Of a stretch of DNA of 36,448 nt, positions 1-7,909 are shown in pieces. This DNA is from Polyangiaceae bacterium (GTDB lineage: Bacteria > Myxococcota_A > Polyangia > Polyangiales > Polyangiaceae). The notes beneath the pieces are model-generated. The model had not been told where the DNA came from, ran no database searches, and saw only the letters and a list, made by a program, of their open reading frames with translations. Position 1 is the stretch's first letter, and each line of letters opens with the position of its first letter. Both the position numbers and the translations under genes were made by a program. The stretch spans positions 1 through 36,448 of the forward strand of contig DASUGE010000518.1 in assembly GCA_036274215.1 (NCBI GenBank). Direction: 5' to 3'.

Positions 1-48
1 CGCTCGCCGCGAGGCCGAGCAGGGCGGATCGGCGCGAGACGCGCGCGC

Positions 49-1131
49 TCAAACGAGCACCTCTTTGAGCGCCGTGAGGAAGCGGTCGTCCTCCGCGGGC
101 AGGCCGCAGGTCACGCGCAGGCTCGTCGGCAAGTTGCCGAACGGCCGCACGATGACGCCGCGCTCGAGCAGCCGGTCGTAGACGGCACGCGCCGGACGCC
201 CCACGTCGACCAGCACGAAATTCGCCTGGCTCGGCGCGACCGCCAGACCGAGACCCTCGAGCTCCCGCGTGAGGCGGGCACGCTCGGCAGCGTTTTCGTC
301 GTGGCTGCGCGCCACGTGCTCCGTGTCGTCGAGCGCAGCGACGGCTGCGGCTTGGCCCGGCATGGACACGTTGAACGGCGCGCGCACGCGGTTCATGTAA
401 TCGATGAGCCGCGCCGGGCCGATCGCGTAGCCGATACGCAACCCCGCGAGGCCGTAGATCTTCGAGAACGTGCGCATCACGAGCAACCGCTCGCGCAGGT
501 GCCGGAGCGCCAGCGAATTCGGGTAGTCGGGCGCGCTCGCGTACTCGAAGTACGCCTCGTCCATCACGACGATGACCTCGGGCGGCACGCTCCGGAGGAG
601 CTCCTCCACCGCCGCTCGCGCGACGTGAGTCCCCGTCGGGTTGTTCGGATTCGCCACGAACATCACGCGCGTCTTCGGCGTCACCGCGGCCGCCATCGCG
701 GGCAGATCGTGCACGTGGTTCTTGAGCGGGACGGCCGTGAACGGCACGCCGCCGGACAGCGCCGCGATCCGGTACACGATGAACGCCGGCTCACCGAACA
801 CGATGTGGTGCTCGGGCGTCGCGAAGGCCCGCACCACGAGATCCAGGAGCTCGTTCGAGCCCGCACCCTGCAGCACCTCGTCGCGCCCGATGCCGTGGAA
901 GCGCGCGATCCGGTCGCGGAGCGCGTAGGCAGCGCCGTCGGGGTAGCGATTCACGCTCGCGAGCGTGTTGCGAGCCGCCTCGAGCGCACGCTGGCTCGGG
1001 CCGAGCGGGTTCTCGTTCGAGGCGAGCTTCACAGCATGGGTGATACCGAGCTCGCGGGCGAGCTCCTCGACGGGCTTGCCCCCTTCGTACGGAACCAGCG
1101 ACTCGATGGACGGAATGACGAGCGATGACAT
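49..1131 (-). CDS. hisC: Histidinol-phosphate aminotransferase (class I/II PLP aminotransferase)
   Basis: KLASNENP, RYPD, NPNNPTG, DEAY and RTFSKIYGLAGLRIGY (PLP lysine) motifs; 360 aa; follows a pheA-like gene as in pheA-hisC supraoperons. Confidence 0.95.
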   Translation of the reverse strand: MSSLVIPSIESLVPYEGGKPVEELARELGITHAVKLASNENPLGPSQRALEAARNTLASVNRYPDGAAYALRDRIARFHGIGRDEVLQGAGSNELLDLVVRAFATPEHHIVFGEPAFIVYRIAALSGGVPFTAVPLKNHVHDLPAMAAAVTPKTRVMFVANPNNPTGTHVARAAVEELLRSVPPEVIVVMDEAYFEYASAPDYPNSLALRHLRERLLVMRTFSKIYGLAGLRIGYAIGPARLIDYMNRVRAPFNVSMPGQAAAVAALDDTEHVARSHDENAAERARLTRELEGLGLAVAPSQANFVLVDVGRPARAVYDRLLERGVIVRPFGNLPTSLRVTCGLPAEDDRFLTALKEVLV

Positions 1132-1259
1132 CGTTCTCTGCGCGGCGTGAGCGGTGCCGCTCCCGCGTACCCTTGCCCGGTGGGTGCCGCGCGGTCAACT
1201 CGGAGCACGGCGACTCGCGGGCTCGCGCGCCACCTCGGCGGCGGAATCCCGGCGGCGCT

Positions 1260-2333
1260 CTACTCCGCCGCGATCGGAAACGACCCCAGCACCTTCAGGT
1301 ACTTCGCGCTGCGCTTGATCGCTTCGAGCGCCGTGGTCACCGAGCGCTCCGTCACGTGGGCGCCGAGCTCGACGTAGAAGACGTAATCCCAGCTCCCGTG
1401 CGTCACGGGGCGCGACTGCAGCTTCCGCAAATTCACGCCGCGGTCCGCAAAGTGCTTGAGCACCCCGAAGAGCGAGCCGGGCGAGTCGTCGACGCTGAAG
1501 AGCAGGCACGTCACGTCGTTGCCCGAGCGCATGGCGGGGCGCGAGCTCGCGAAGCCGTAGCGCAGCTTGACATCGGACTCGTCGCGCACGTTGGCGCGCA
1601 GCGTATCGAGGCCGGCGGCGCGGCCGACGCGCGACGAGACCAGCGCGGCGGCGTTCGGCTCGTCGCGGGCGAGCTCCGCCGCGACGACCGGCGAGCGCAC
1701 GTCGATGACGCTCGCGCGCGGCAGCTCCGCGTCGAGGAAGCGCTGGCACGCCGCCTGTCCGAGCGCCGTCGCGTAGACGTGCTCGATGGCGCCGAGGTCG
1801 CTCGTCTTCGCCATCAGATCGATCGATGCCGAGACGACGCGCTCGCCGACCATCATCAAATCCGTTTCCGCGAGCGCGGTGATCGACGGTTGCACGAGCC
1901 CGTCGACCGAAGACTCGTAGGGGAACACCGCGACCGCCACCCGCCCGCGCACCACTTCCTCGAGCGCCTCCGTGATGCCCGGCGTCGCGACGTAGCGAGC
2001 CGTCGCCCCGAAGTGCAGGAGCGCAGCCTCCTGGCAGAAACCGCCCTCGGGGCCGACGAACGCCACCGCGAGCGGCTGCTCGAGAGCGCGCGCTGCGGCA
2101 CGGATCTGCCCGAAAATCGCGCGCACGCTCTCCGGCGGCATGTCGCCCGAGCCCGCACGCACGACGCTCTCGAGCCACTCGCGCTCGCCGAGGTCGGGGC
2201 TCGGCTCCCCACCGGCGCGCGCTGCGAGGCCGCGCGACACGCGAGCGCGGGCGTCGAGCTGCGCCAAGATCTCTCGATCGATGTCCGCGAGCTTGTCGCG
2301 GAGATCCGAACGGTCGCGACGCTCGTCGGTCAT
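1260..2333 (-). CDS. pheA: PheA-like protein (chorismate mutase-like + prephenate dehydratase-like + ACT domain) with degenerate catalytic motifs
   Basis: Start reassigned to ATG 2333 (GAGGAG RBS just upstream, after the fmdB stop); 357 aa. LRDKLADIDREIL (CM), FVGPEGGF (PDT), DSPGSLFGVL, QSRP, WDYVFYVE and LKVLGSFP (ACT). The canonical TRF motif reads LRY. Confidence 0.8.
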   Translation of the reverse strand: MTDERRDRSDLRDKLADIDREILAQLDARARVSRGLAARAGGEPSPDLGEREWLESVVRAGSGDMPPESVRAIFGQIRAAARALEQPLAVAFVGPEGGFCQEAALLHFGATARYVATPGITEALEEVVRGRVAVAVFPYESSVDGLVQPSITALAETDLMMVGERVVSASIDLMAKTSDLGAIEHVYATALGQAACQRFLDAELPRASVIDVRSPVVAAELARDEPNAAALVSSRVGRAAGLDTLRANVRDESDVKLRYGFASSRPAMRSGNDVTCLLFSVDDSPGSLFGVLKHFADRGVNLRKLQSRPVTHGSWDYVFYVELGAHVTERSVTTALEAIKRSAKYLKVLGSFPIAAE

Positions 2334-2343
2334 CGTGGTCTCC

Positions 2344-2730
2344 TCAGGCGTCGGAAGGCGCGCCTGCTGCCTTCGACCCGCTAGCAGCACCGGACGTTGG
2401 GGTGCTGCCACCAGTCGATCCCGACCCCGAGCTGCCCGACCCCGAGGAGCCCTTGTCGGTGCCCTTGGTGCTCGTATCCGACGCGCCGTCCTTCTTGGTG
2501 GCGCTGTCGCTTGCCTTCGTGTCGGCGTCGCCGCCCGTCTTCTTCGGCGCGCTCCCGTAGAGGTCGGAGTACCAACCGCCACCCTTCAAAATGAAGCCGG
2601 CCCCGCCGGACACCTGGCGCTTCGCGCTTTCGGCGTGGCAGCTCGGACAAGTGGTGAGGGGCGCGGCGCTGATGGACTGCTCCGCCTCCCAGGCGTGTCC
2701 ACAGGCGGTGCAGAGGTACTCGTACGTCAT
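2344..2730 (-). CDS. FmdB-family zinc-ribbon putative regulatory protein with a Ser/Gly/Lys-rich tail
   Basis: MTYEYLCTACGH...CPSC...FILKGGGWYSDLY is the typical FmdB CxxC-CxxC pattern. Confidence 0.9.
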   Translation of the reverse strand: MTYEYLCTACGHAWEAEQSISAAPLTTCPSCHAESAKRQVSGGAGFILKGGGWYSDLYGSAPKKTGGDADTKASDSATKKDGASDTSTKGTDKGSSGSGSSGSGSTGGSTPTSGAASGSKAAGAPSDA

Positions 2731-2799
2731 CCGAATTCAGAACCCTTCGATACCCCGACCAAATGCGTCGCAAAGGTCCACCTGTCAACCGGAAGATAA

Positions 2800-2816
2800 C
2801 TGAACACCCAGTCAGC
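2800..2816. promoter_or_regulatory. Putative LexA (SOS) box in the fmdB/smc divergent region
   Basis: CTGAACACCCAGTCAGC matches 15/17 of the Myxococcus LexA consensus as I recall it (CTRHAMRYBYGTTCAGS). Same CTGAAC-N7-CAG core as the sites at dnaE2 and imuA. Confidence 0.6.
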
Positions 2817-2870
2817 CCCAAGAGCTATGGAGCCCCGAAAATCCTGCGGCGATTGCTGATCAAAGGTCTT

Positions 2871-2887
2871 GTGTGCATCCGTTCAGC
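2871..2887. promoter_or_regulatory. Second putative LexA box in the fmdB/smc divergent region
   Basis: GTGTGCATCCGTTCAGC matches 15/17 of the same consensus; the left half-site begins GTG instead of CTG. Confidence 0.45.
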
Positions 2888-2900
2888 GGAGTAGAAACGA

Positions 2901-2940
2901 GACTGACGCGGCGTGACGCTACGTGGCGCTACGTTGCGTT
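2901..2940. repeat. Four imperfect 10-bp tandem units upstream of smc
   Basis: gactgacgcg / gcgtgacgct / acgtggcgct / acgttgcgtt. Confidence 0.45.
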
Positions 2941-2974
2941 GCTCCCGGTCGGCCCGCTAGCCCGGCCTTTTCAC

Positions 2975-2983
2975 TGCTATAAC
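2975..2983 (+). promoter_or_regulatory. Candidate extended -10 element for smc
   Basis: TG-C-TATAAC ending 37 nt before the smc ATG; no clear -35. Confidence 0.4.
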
Positions 2984-3020
2984 CAATGCGGTCGGCGTAG
3001 GAAACGGGGTTTTCGTAGCG

Positions 3021-6000
3021 ATGCACATCAAGAAGCTCGATATCGCGGGGTTCAAGTCGTTCGTCGACCGGACCGCCATCCATTTCGACCACGACGTGGT
3101 CGGCATCGTCGGTCCCAACGGCTGCGGCAAGTCGAACGTCGTGGACGCCATCCGCTGGTGCCTCGGCGAGCAGAGCGCGAAGCACCTGCGCGGCAAGTCG
3201 ATGGAGGACGTGATCTTCAACGGCTCCGAGTCGCGCGGGCCGCACGGCATGGCCGAGGTGACGATCACCTTCGACAACACGAACCCCGAGTACGCCGCGA
3301 CCCTGCCGCCCGAGTTCCGCGACTACCCCGAGATCGCGATCACGCGCCGCCTCTTCCGTGACGGCACGAGCGAGTACCTCATCAACAAGACGCAGGTGCG
3401 CTTGCGCGACATCACCGAGCTCTTCCTCGGCACGGGCGTCGGCACCAAGGCGTACTCGATCGTCGAGCAGGGCCGCATCGGTCAGATCGTGAGCGCGCGT
3501 CCGGAAGACCGACGCCTCTTCATCGACGAGGCCGCCGGCATCACGAAGTACAAGCAGCGCCGCAAGATGGCGGAGCGCAAGATGGAGCTCACGCGCCAGA
3601 ACCTCCTGCGCGTGACCGACATCATCACGGAGATCGACCGCAACCGCGCTTCGCTGAAGCGCCAGGTCGCCAAGGCAGAGCGCTTCATCGACTACCGGCG
3701 CGAGCTCGAAGACCTCGTTTTGCTCGATGCTTCGCACAAGTATTTGGAGCTCACCGTCACGCGCAACGTGGCCGACGAAGGCCACCAAACGGCGCGGGAA
3801 GCCCTGGCCCAGGCGCGCGCGGAGCTGCGCGACGCGGAGGCCGTTCTCGACGCGGAGCGCGCCCAGGCCGCCGGCATCGAAGCCAGCAACGAAGAGGCCA
3901 CGCGCGCGGCGTTCGACGCGGACAACCAGGTCTCGAGCCTGCAGGCCGAGATCGAGCGCGCGAAGGAGCGCCTCACGTTCCTCGACCACCGCTTGATGGG
4001 CGGGAACCTCGAGCTCGAGAGCAGCCTCGGCAAGATCCGGGAGCTCGAGTCCGAGCAAAGCCAGATCATCGTCAAGGTGGAGGAGCTCAGCACCGACGAG
4101 CGTGCGCGCGAAGCGGACGCCCTGCGCGAGACGGAATCGCTCGCCTCGCTCCAGGCCGAGGAAGCGCGGGCGAGCGCGGCCGTGCTCGAGGTGCGCAAGA
4201 GCACCGGCGAGCTTTCGGCGCGGGCTGCCGCGCAGGGCGCGCGGCTCGACGGCATCACACAGCGACGCAACGAAGGTCGCGCGCGGCGTGACCGGCTCGG
4301 GCAGGAGCGCGACACGCTCGAGGGCGAGCACACGGACGCGACGGCGCGCAAGCAGGCGCTCGAGCGCTCGGTCGCCGAGCTCGCCGAGGGCAAGCGCCTG
4401 ACGGCGACGGAGCGTCAGGCGCTCGAGACGGAGAACGAAAGCCTGCGGTCACGCCAGCTCGAGAGCGAGCGCGCGGTCGACGCCGCGAAGAACGAGCTGT
4501 CGCTGCGCCGGAATCGGCTGCGCGCGCTCGAGGATCTGCACCGCCGGCTCGAAGGCGTCGGCGCCGGTGCGCGTGCGCTGCTCGGCAAAGGCGACGCGCG
4601 GGTGCTCGGCCTGGTCGCCGACCGCATCGACACGCCGGAAGAACTGACGCTCGCCGTGGCGGGGCTGCTCGGCAGCCGCCTTTCGTGCGTCGTCGTGAGC
4701 GACCGCGGCGCCGGGCTCGAGCTGCTCGACGAGCTCCGCCGGAGCGAGCGCGGGCGCGCCGACGTGCTCGCCTCACGCCCGCCGTACGTGGCGGGAGCGC
4801 GCGAAGCCGTGAACGAGCCCGGCGTGCTCGGCCGGCTCATCGACAAGCTCGGCTTTGCGGAAGCGGACGAAACGCTCGTGCGGAGCCTCGTGGGTGACGC
4901 GCTGCTCGTCGAGACGGCGGAAGCTGCTCTCAACGTCGTGTTGGCCCGTCCGGGCGTGACGGCAGTCGCGCTCGACGGCACCGTGGCTCACCCCGACGGC
5001 GTCGTGAGCGGCGGCAGTGGCGACGGCGTCGCGAGCGCGATGCTCGAGCAGAAGCGCGAGATGCACCAGCTCACCGAGGAGGTCGCGCGCCTGGAAGCGG
5101 AAGCGACGCGCACGGCGGCGGAGCACAACGCCCTGCGCGCGCGGCTCGCCGAGGTCGGGACGGCGCTCGAAAAGGCGCGTCAGTTCGCGCACGAGGGCGA
5201 GCTCGCTCACGTGACGGCGGAGAAGGACCTCGCGCGGACGGCCGGCGACATCGAGCGCATCGGCGCGCGCCGCAACGCGGTCGCGGCCGAGCTCGGCGAG
5301 CTCGATCGCTCGCTCGAGGAAGGCGAGCGCGCGGAAACCACCTGCCGGAGCGAGCTCGACACGTCGAGCGCGGAGCTCGAAAGCGCGAACCACGACCTTG
5401 CCAAGGCAGAGGAGACCGCCGCCAGCTGGCGCGAGCGCGTCGCCGCGCAGAGCACGCTCGTGACCGAGCGGCGCGTGCGCCTGGCACAGATCAAGGAGCA
5501 GTCCGGCGCCGCGCGCGAAGCGGCCGCACGCATCGAAGCCTCGCTCGTCGAGCTTCGGACGCGCAGCGACGCGCTCCAACAGGAGCTCACCGAAGCCGCC
5601 GCGAGCTACGGCGAGACCGCGGCCGCCATCGTGCTCACGCGCGAAGCCCGCGCCGAGGCCGTCATCGCCGCGCGCACGGCGCACGAAACGCTCGATCAGG
5701 CTCGCGTCCGCCTCGAGCAGGCGCGCCAGTCGCTCGCGACGCTCGAGACGAGCCTGCGCACGGTGCGCGAGAGCCTCGAGCAGCACGACGAGGTGTGCCG
5801 CACGCACGAGCTCACGCTCCAGCGCATCGGCATCGAGCTCCAGCATCTGCTCGGCTCGGTGAAGGAGCGCTTCCGCGGGCTCGACCTGCTCCGCGTCGTC
5901 GGCGATTACCACGCCCGCCCGCTGCCGGACGACGATCAGCGCCGCCGTATCGACGAGCTCACGCAGCTCATCGATCGCATGGGCCCCGTGAACCTCGACG

Positions 6001-6653
6001 CTCGCGCCGAACACGAGCAGGCCGAGAAGCGCTTCCACGAGCTCAACGACCAGAAGGTCGACATCGACAAGGCGCTCGAGGAGCTCGATCGCGCCATCCG
6101 GATGATGAACAAGGAGTCGCGCCGCCGCTTCCGCGAGACGTTCGACTCCGTCAACGCCCTGTTCAAGAAGACCTTCTCGCGCCTGTTCCGCGGCGGCCGT
6201 GCCGAGCTCGTGCTCACGGACTCGGAGGATCTCTTGGGTGCCGGTGTCGAGATCGTGGCGCAGCCGCCCGGCAAGAAGCTCGGCAACATCGAGCTCATGA
6301 GCGGTGGCGAGAAGGCGCTCACGGCCGTCTCGCTCATCTTCGCGATCTTCCAGCACCGCCCCTCGCCGTTCTGCATCCTGGACGAGGTCGACGCTCCGCT
6401 CGACGAGGCGAACGTCGCTCGTTACAACGAGCAGATCCGCGCGCTCACGACGCAGTCGCAGTTCATCCTCATCACCCACATCAAGAAGACGATGCAGAGC
6501 ACCGACGTGCTCTACGGCGTCACCATGGGCGAGCCCGGTGTGTCGCGTATCGTGAGCGTGAAGATCAACGAGAACGCCGTCGCCCGCAGCGACAATCTCG
6601 CTCAAGCGACGCGCGCTACCGACAGCGAGCAGACGGGCGTTCAGGTCGCGTAA
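3021..6653 (+). CDS. smc: Chromosome segregation protein SMC
   Basis: GFKSF, Walker A GPNGCGKSN, long coiled coils, hinge GX6GX3GG (DGTVAHPDGVVSGG), signature MSGGEK, Walker B ILDEVDAPLD; 1210 aa. Confidence 0.98.
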   Translation: MHIKKLDIAGFKSFVDRTAIHFDHDVVGIVGPNGCGKSNVVDAIRWCLGEQSAKHLRGKSMEDVIFNGSESRGPHGMAEVTITFDNTNPEYAATLPPEFRDYPEIAITRRLFRDGTSEYLINKTQVRLRDITELFLGTGVGTKAYSIVEQGRIGQIVSARPEDRRLFIDEAAGITKYKQRRKMAERKMELTRQNLLRVTDIITEIDRNRASLKRQVAKAERFIDYRRELEDLVLLDASHKYLELTVTRNVADEGHQTAREALAQARAELRDAEAVLDAERAQAAGIEASNEEATRAAFDADNQVSSLQAEIERAKERLTFLDHRLMGGNLELESSLGKIRELESEQSQIIVKVEELSTDERAREADALRETESLASLQAEEARASAAVLEVRKSTGELSARAAAQGARLDGITQRRNEGRARRDRLGQERDTLEGEHTDATARKQALERSVAELAEGKRLTATERQALETENESLRSRQLESERAVDAAKNELSLRRNRLRALEDLHRRLEGVGAGARALLGKGDARVLGLVADRIDTPEELTLAVAGLLGSRLSCVVVSDRGAGLELLDELRRSERGRADVLASRPPYVAGAREAVNEPGVLGRLIDKLGFAEADETLVRSLVGDALLVETAEAALNVVLARPGVTAVALDGTVAHPDGVVSGGSGDGVASAMLEQKREMHQLTEEVARLEAEATRTAAEHNALRARLAEVGTALEKARQFAHEGELAHVTAEKDLARTAGDIERIGARRNAVAAELGELDRSLEEGERAETTCRSELDTSSAELESANHDLAKAEETAASWRERVAAQSTLVTERRVRLAQIKEQSGAAREAAARIEASLVELRTRSDALQQELTEAAASYGETAAAIVLTREARAEAVIAARTAHETLDQARVRLEQARQSLATLETSLRTVRESLEQHDEVCRTHELTLQRIGIELQHLLGSVKERFRGLDLLRVVGDYHARPLPDDDQRRRIDELTQLIDRMGPVNLDARAEHEQAEKRFHELNDQKVDIDKALEELDRAIRMMNKESRRRFRETFDSVNALFKKTFSRLFRGGRAELVLTDSEDLLGAGVEIVAQPPGKKLGNIELMSGGEKALTAVSLIFAIFQHRPSPFCILDEVDAPLDEANVARYNEQIRALTTQSQFILITHIKKTMQSTDVLYGVTMGEPGVSRIVSVKINENAVARSDNLAQATRATDSEQTGVQVA

Positions 6654-6662
6654 TTGGCAGGG

Positions 6663-6689
6663 CCGGGCGCAGCTCGAGAGCGCGCTCGG
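6663..6689. terminator. GC-rich hairpin between convergent smc and the LTD lipoprotein gene
   Basis: CCGGGCGC...GCGCTCGG stem with an inner GCT/AGC stem; no U-tract. Confidence 0.4.
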
Positions 6690-7757
6690 TCAATCGCAGT
6701 CCGGTAAGCCGAGACCCGTCAGCTCGTCGACTGGATGGCTCTGCCATTCGAGTGACGGGTCGAACGGATCCGTGGCGACGGTGTCGCCGTGCGTCACCGA
6801 GCAGCGCCGCCGGAGAGCTTGGTCGGCAGTGCTCACGCCGGAGCCGGTCCATGCCGTCTTGGGGTCGAAGCCGATCTCGCCGATGGCGTCGAGCACGGCG
6901 CCGTCGCATTCGAGGGTCACGGCGTCGTTGCCGTTGAACGTGCGTCCGAACGTGCGGTTGCATACCGCGCCGAGCTGCTCGACGAGGTCAGTCGAGCAAA
7001 GCACGTACGTCTGACCCTCTGCGAGCTCGCCCGCGAGCGCAACGCCGGCACCCTTCGTACCGCCGTTCGAGTAAATCACCACTTCGCATCCATCGAGCGA
7101 GCTCGTCGCGAGCGCGCGGAGCTCGACGGCCTTGGCGGGTCCCTCGACGTACTCGCTGAAGAGCAGCGCGCGTTCGACGCGCCCTCCCCCGCCGTCGCCG
7201 GCGTGCGCGCCGTCGTCGCCTCCACTGCCGGCACGTCCGGAGCTACCGCCGCGCGCCAGCGTCCCGCCGGTGCCACCCTTGCCGCCGGCGCCGCCGGATC
7301 CGGCTCCGCCGCCTGCTCCGCCGCGACCCTTGCCCGCTGCGCCAGCCGACCCTCCCGCCGCGTTGCCCGCACGGCCCGCGCCGCTGGCGCCTCCCTCCGC
7401 GTGGCTCGTCGCCCCGGCATCGGCGTGACTCAGCGGCCCGTCACCGCCCTGCCCCGCAACATCGTTGTCCTCGCTCGAGGAAGCCGCGGCACCTTGCCCT
7501 TTCGAGACGTCGTTCGAATCGAGCGACGCTTGCGCATCGCCTCCGCTCGCGGTCGCGTCCCAATCGCTCCTCGGATCGTTACGCGGTGACGACGACGTGG
7601 CGCGCCCCGCTTCGCCCGTGCCTGCGTCGTAGCTGAAGCCGGCCATGCCCGCGTTGCTTCGATTCGGCGCCCCGCCGTAATCGCGAGGCGCGAAACCTCC
7701 GCAACCGAGGGTGATGAGAGGCCACCAGAGGACGATTGTGCGCCGCGTGCTGTGCAT
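6690..7757 (-). CDS. Lipoprotein with a Gly/Ala-rich linker and a C-terminal lamin-tail-like domain
   Basis: Lipobox ITLGC. The C-terminal LLFSEYVEG..KAVEL..YSNG..FNGNDAVTL..LDAIG..T.DQALRR resembles the LTD at the N-terminus of ExeM/NucH-type extracellular nucleases. Confidence 0.7.
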   Translation of the reverse strand: MHSTRRTIVLWWPLITLGCGGFAPRDYGGAPNRSNAGMAGFSYDAGTGEAGRATSSSPRNDPRSDWDATASGGDAQASLDSNDVSKGQGAAASSSEDNDVAGQGGDGPLSHADAGATSHAEGGASGAGRAGNAAGGSAGAAGKGRGGAGGGAGSGGAGGKGGTGGTLARGGSSGRAGSGGDDGAHAGDGGGGRVERALLFSEYVEGPAKAVELRALATSSLDGCEVVIYSNGGTKGAGVALAGELAEGQTYVLCSTDLVEQLGAVCNRTFGRTFNGNDAVTLECDGAVLDAIGEIGFDPKTAWTGSGVSTADQALRRRCSVTHGDTVATDPFDPSLEWQSHPVDELTGLGLPDCD

Positions 7758-7892
7758 GCGCGGCGATCGGACGGCGCCGCGCTCGGTTGCGTCCTCGTGC
7801 TCCGAAGCACGCTCTCAGCCGAGCTTTCGGCAGAGAACGGAAATTTCTCAAGCGGGGCGCTCACCCTGGATTGCCTGGGCCCCGTGCTACGT

Positions 7893-7901
7893 TGTTACAC
7901 T
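7893..7901 (+). promoter_or_regulatory. Extended -10 element, 8 nt before the expansin ATG (leaderless-type)
   Basis: TG-T-TACACT-N8-ATG; no Shine-Dalgarno sequence. Confidence 0.5.
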
Positions 7902-7909
7902 CTTCAGCG

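Noticed and set aside
2334-2582. N-terminal extension of the pheA ORF, with similar extensions of the HAD, imuB, HTTM, HTTM-partner, PilZ and expansin ORFs
   Set aside because: Each extension overlaps a real neighbouring gene or promoter region, and better starts with RBS, coupling or lipobox spacing exist downstream. These are not true fusions.
2783-2788. Perfect TTGACA -35 on the minus strand upstream of fmdB
   Set aside because: No acceptable -10 hexamer at 16-18 nt spacing.
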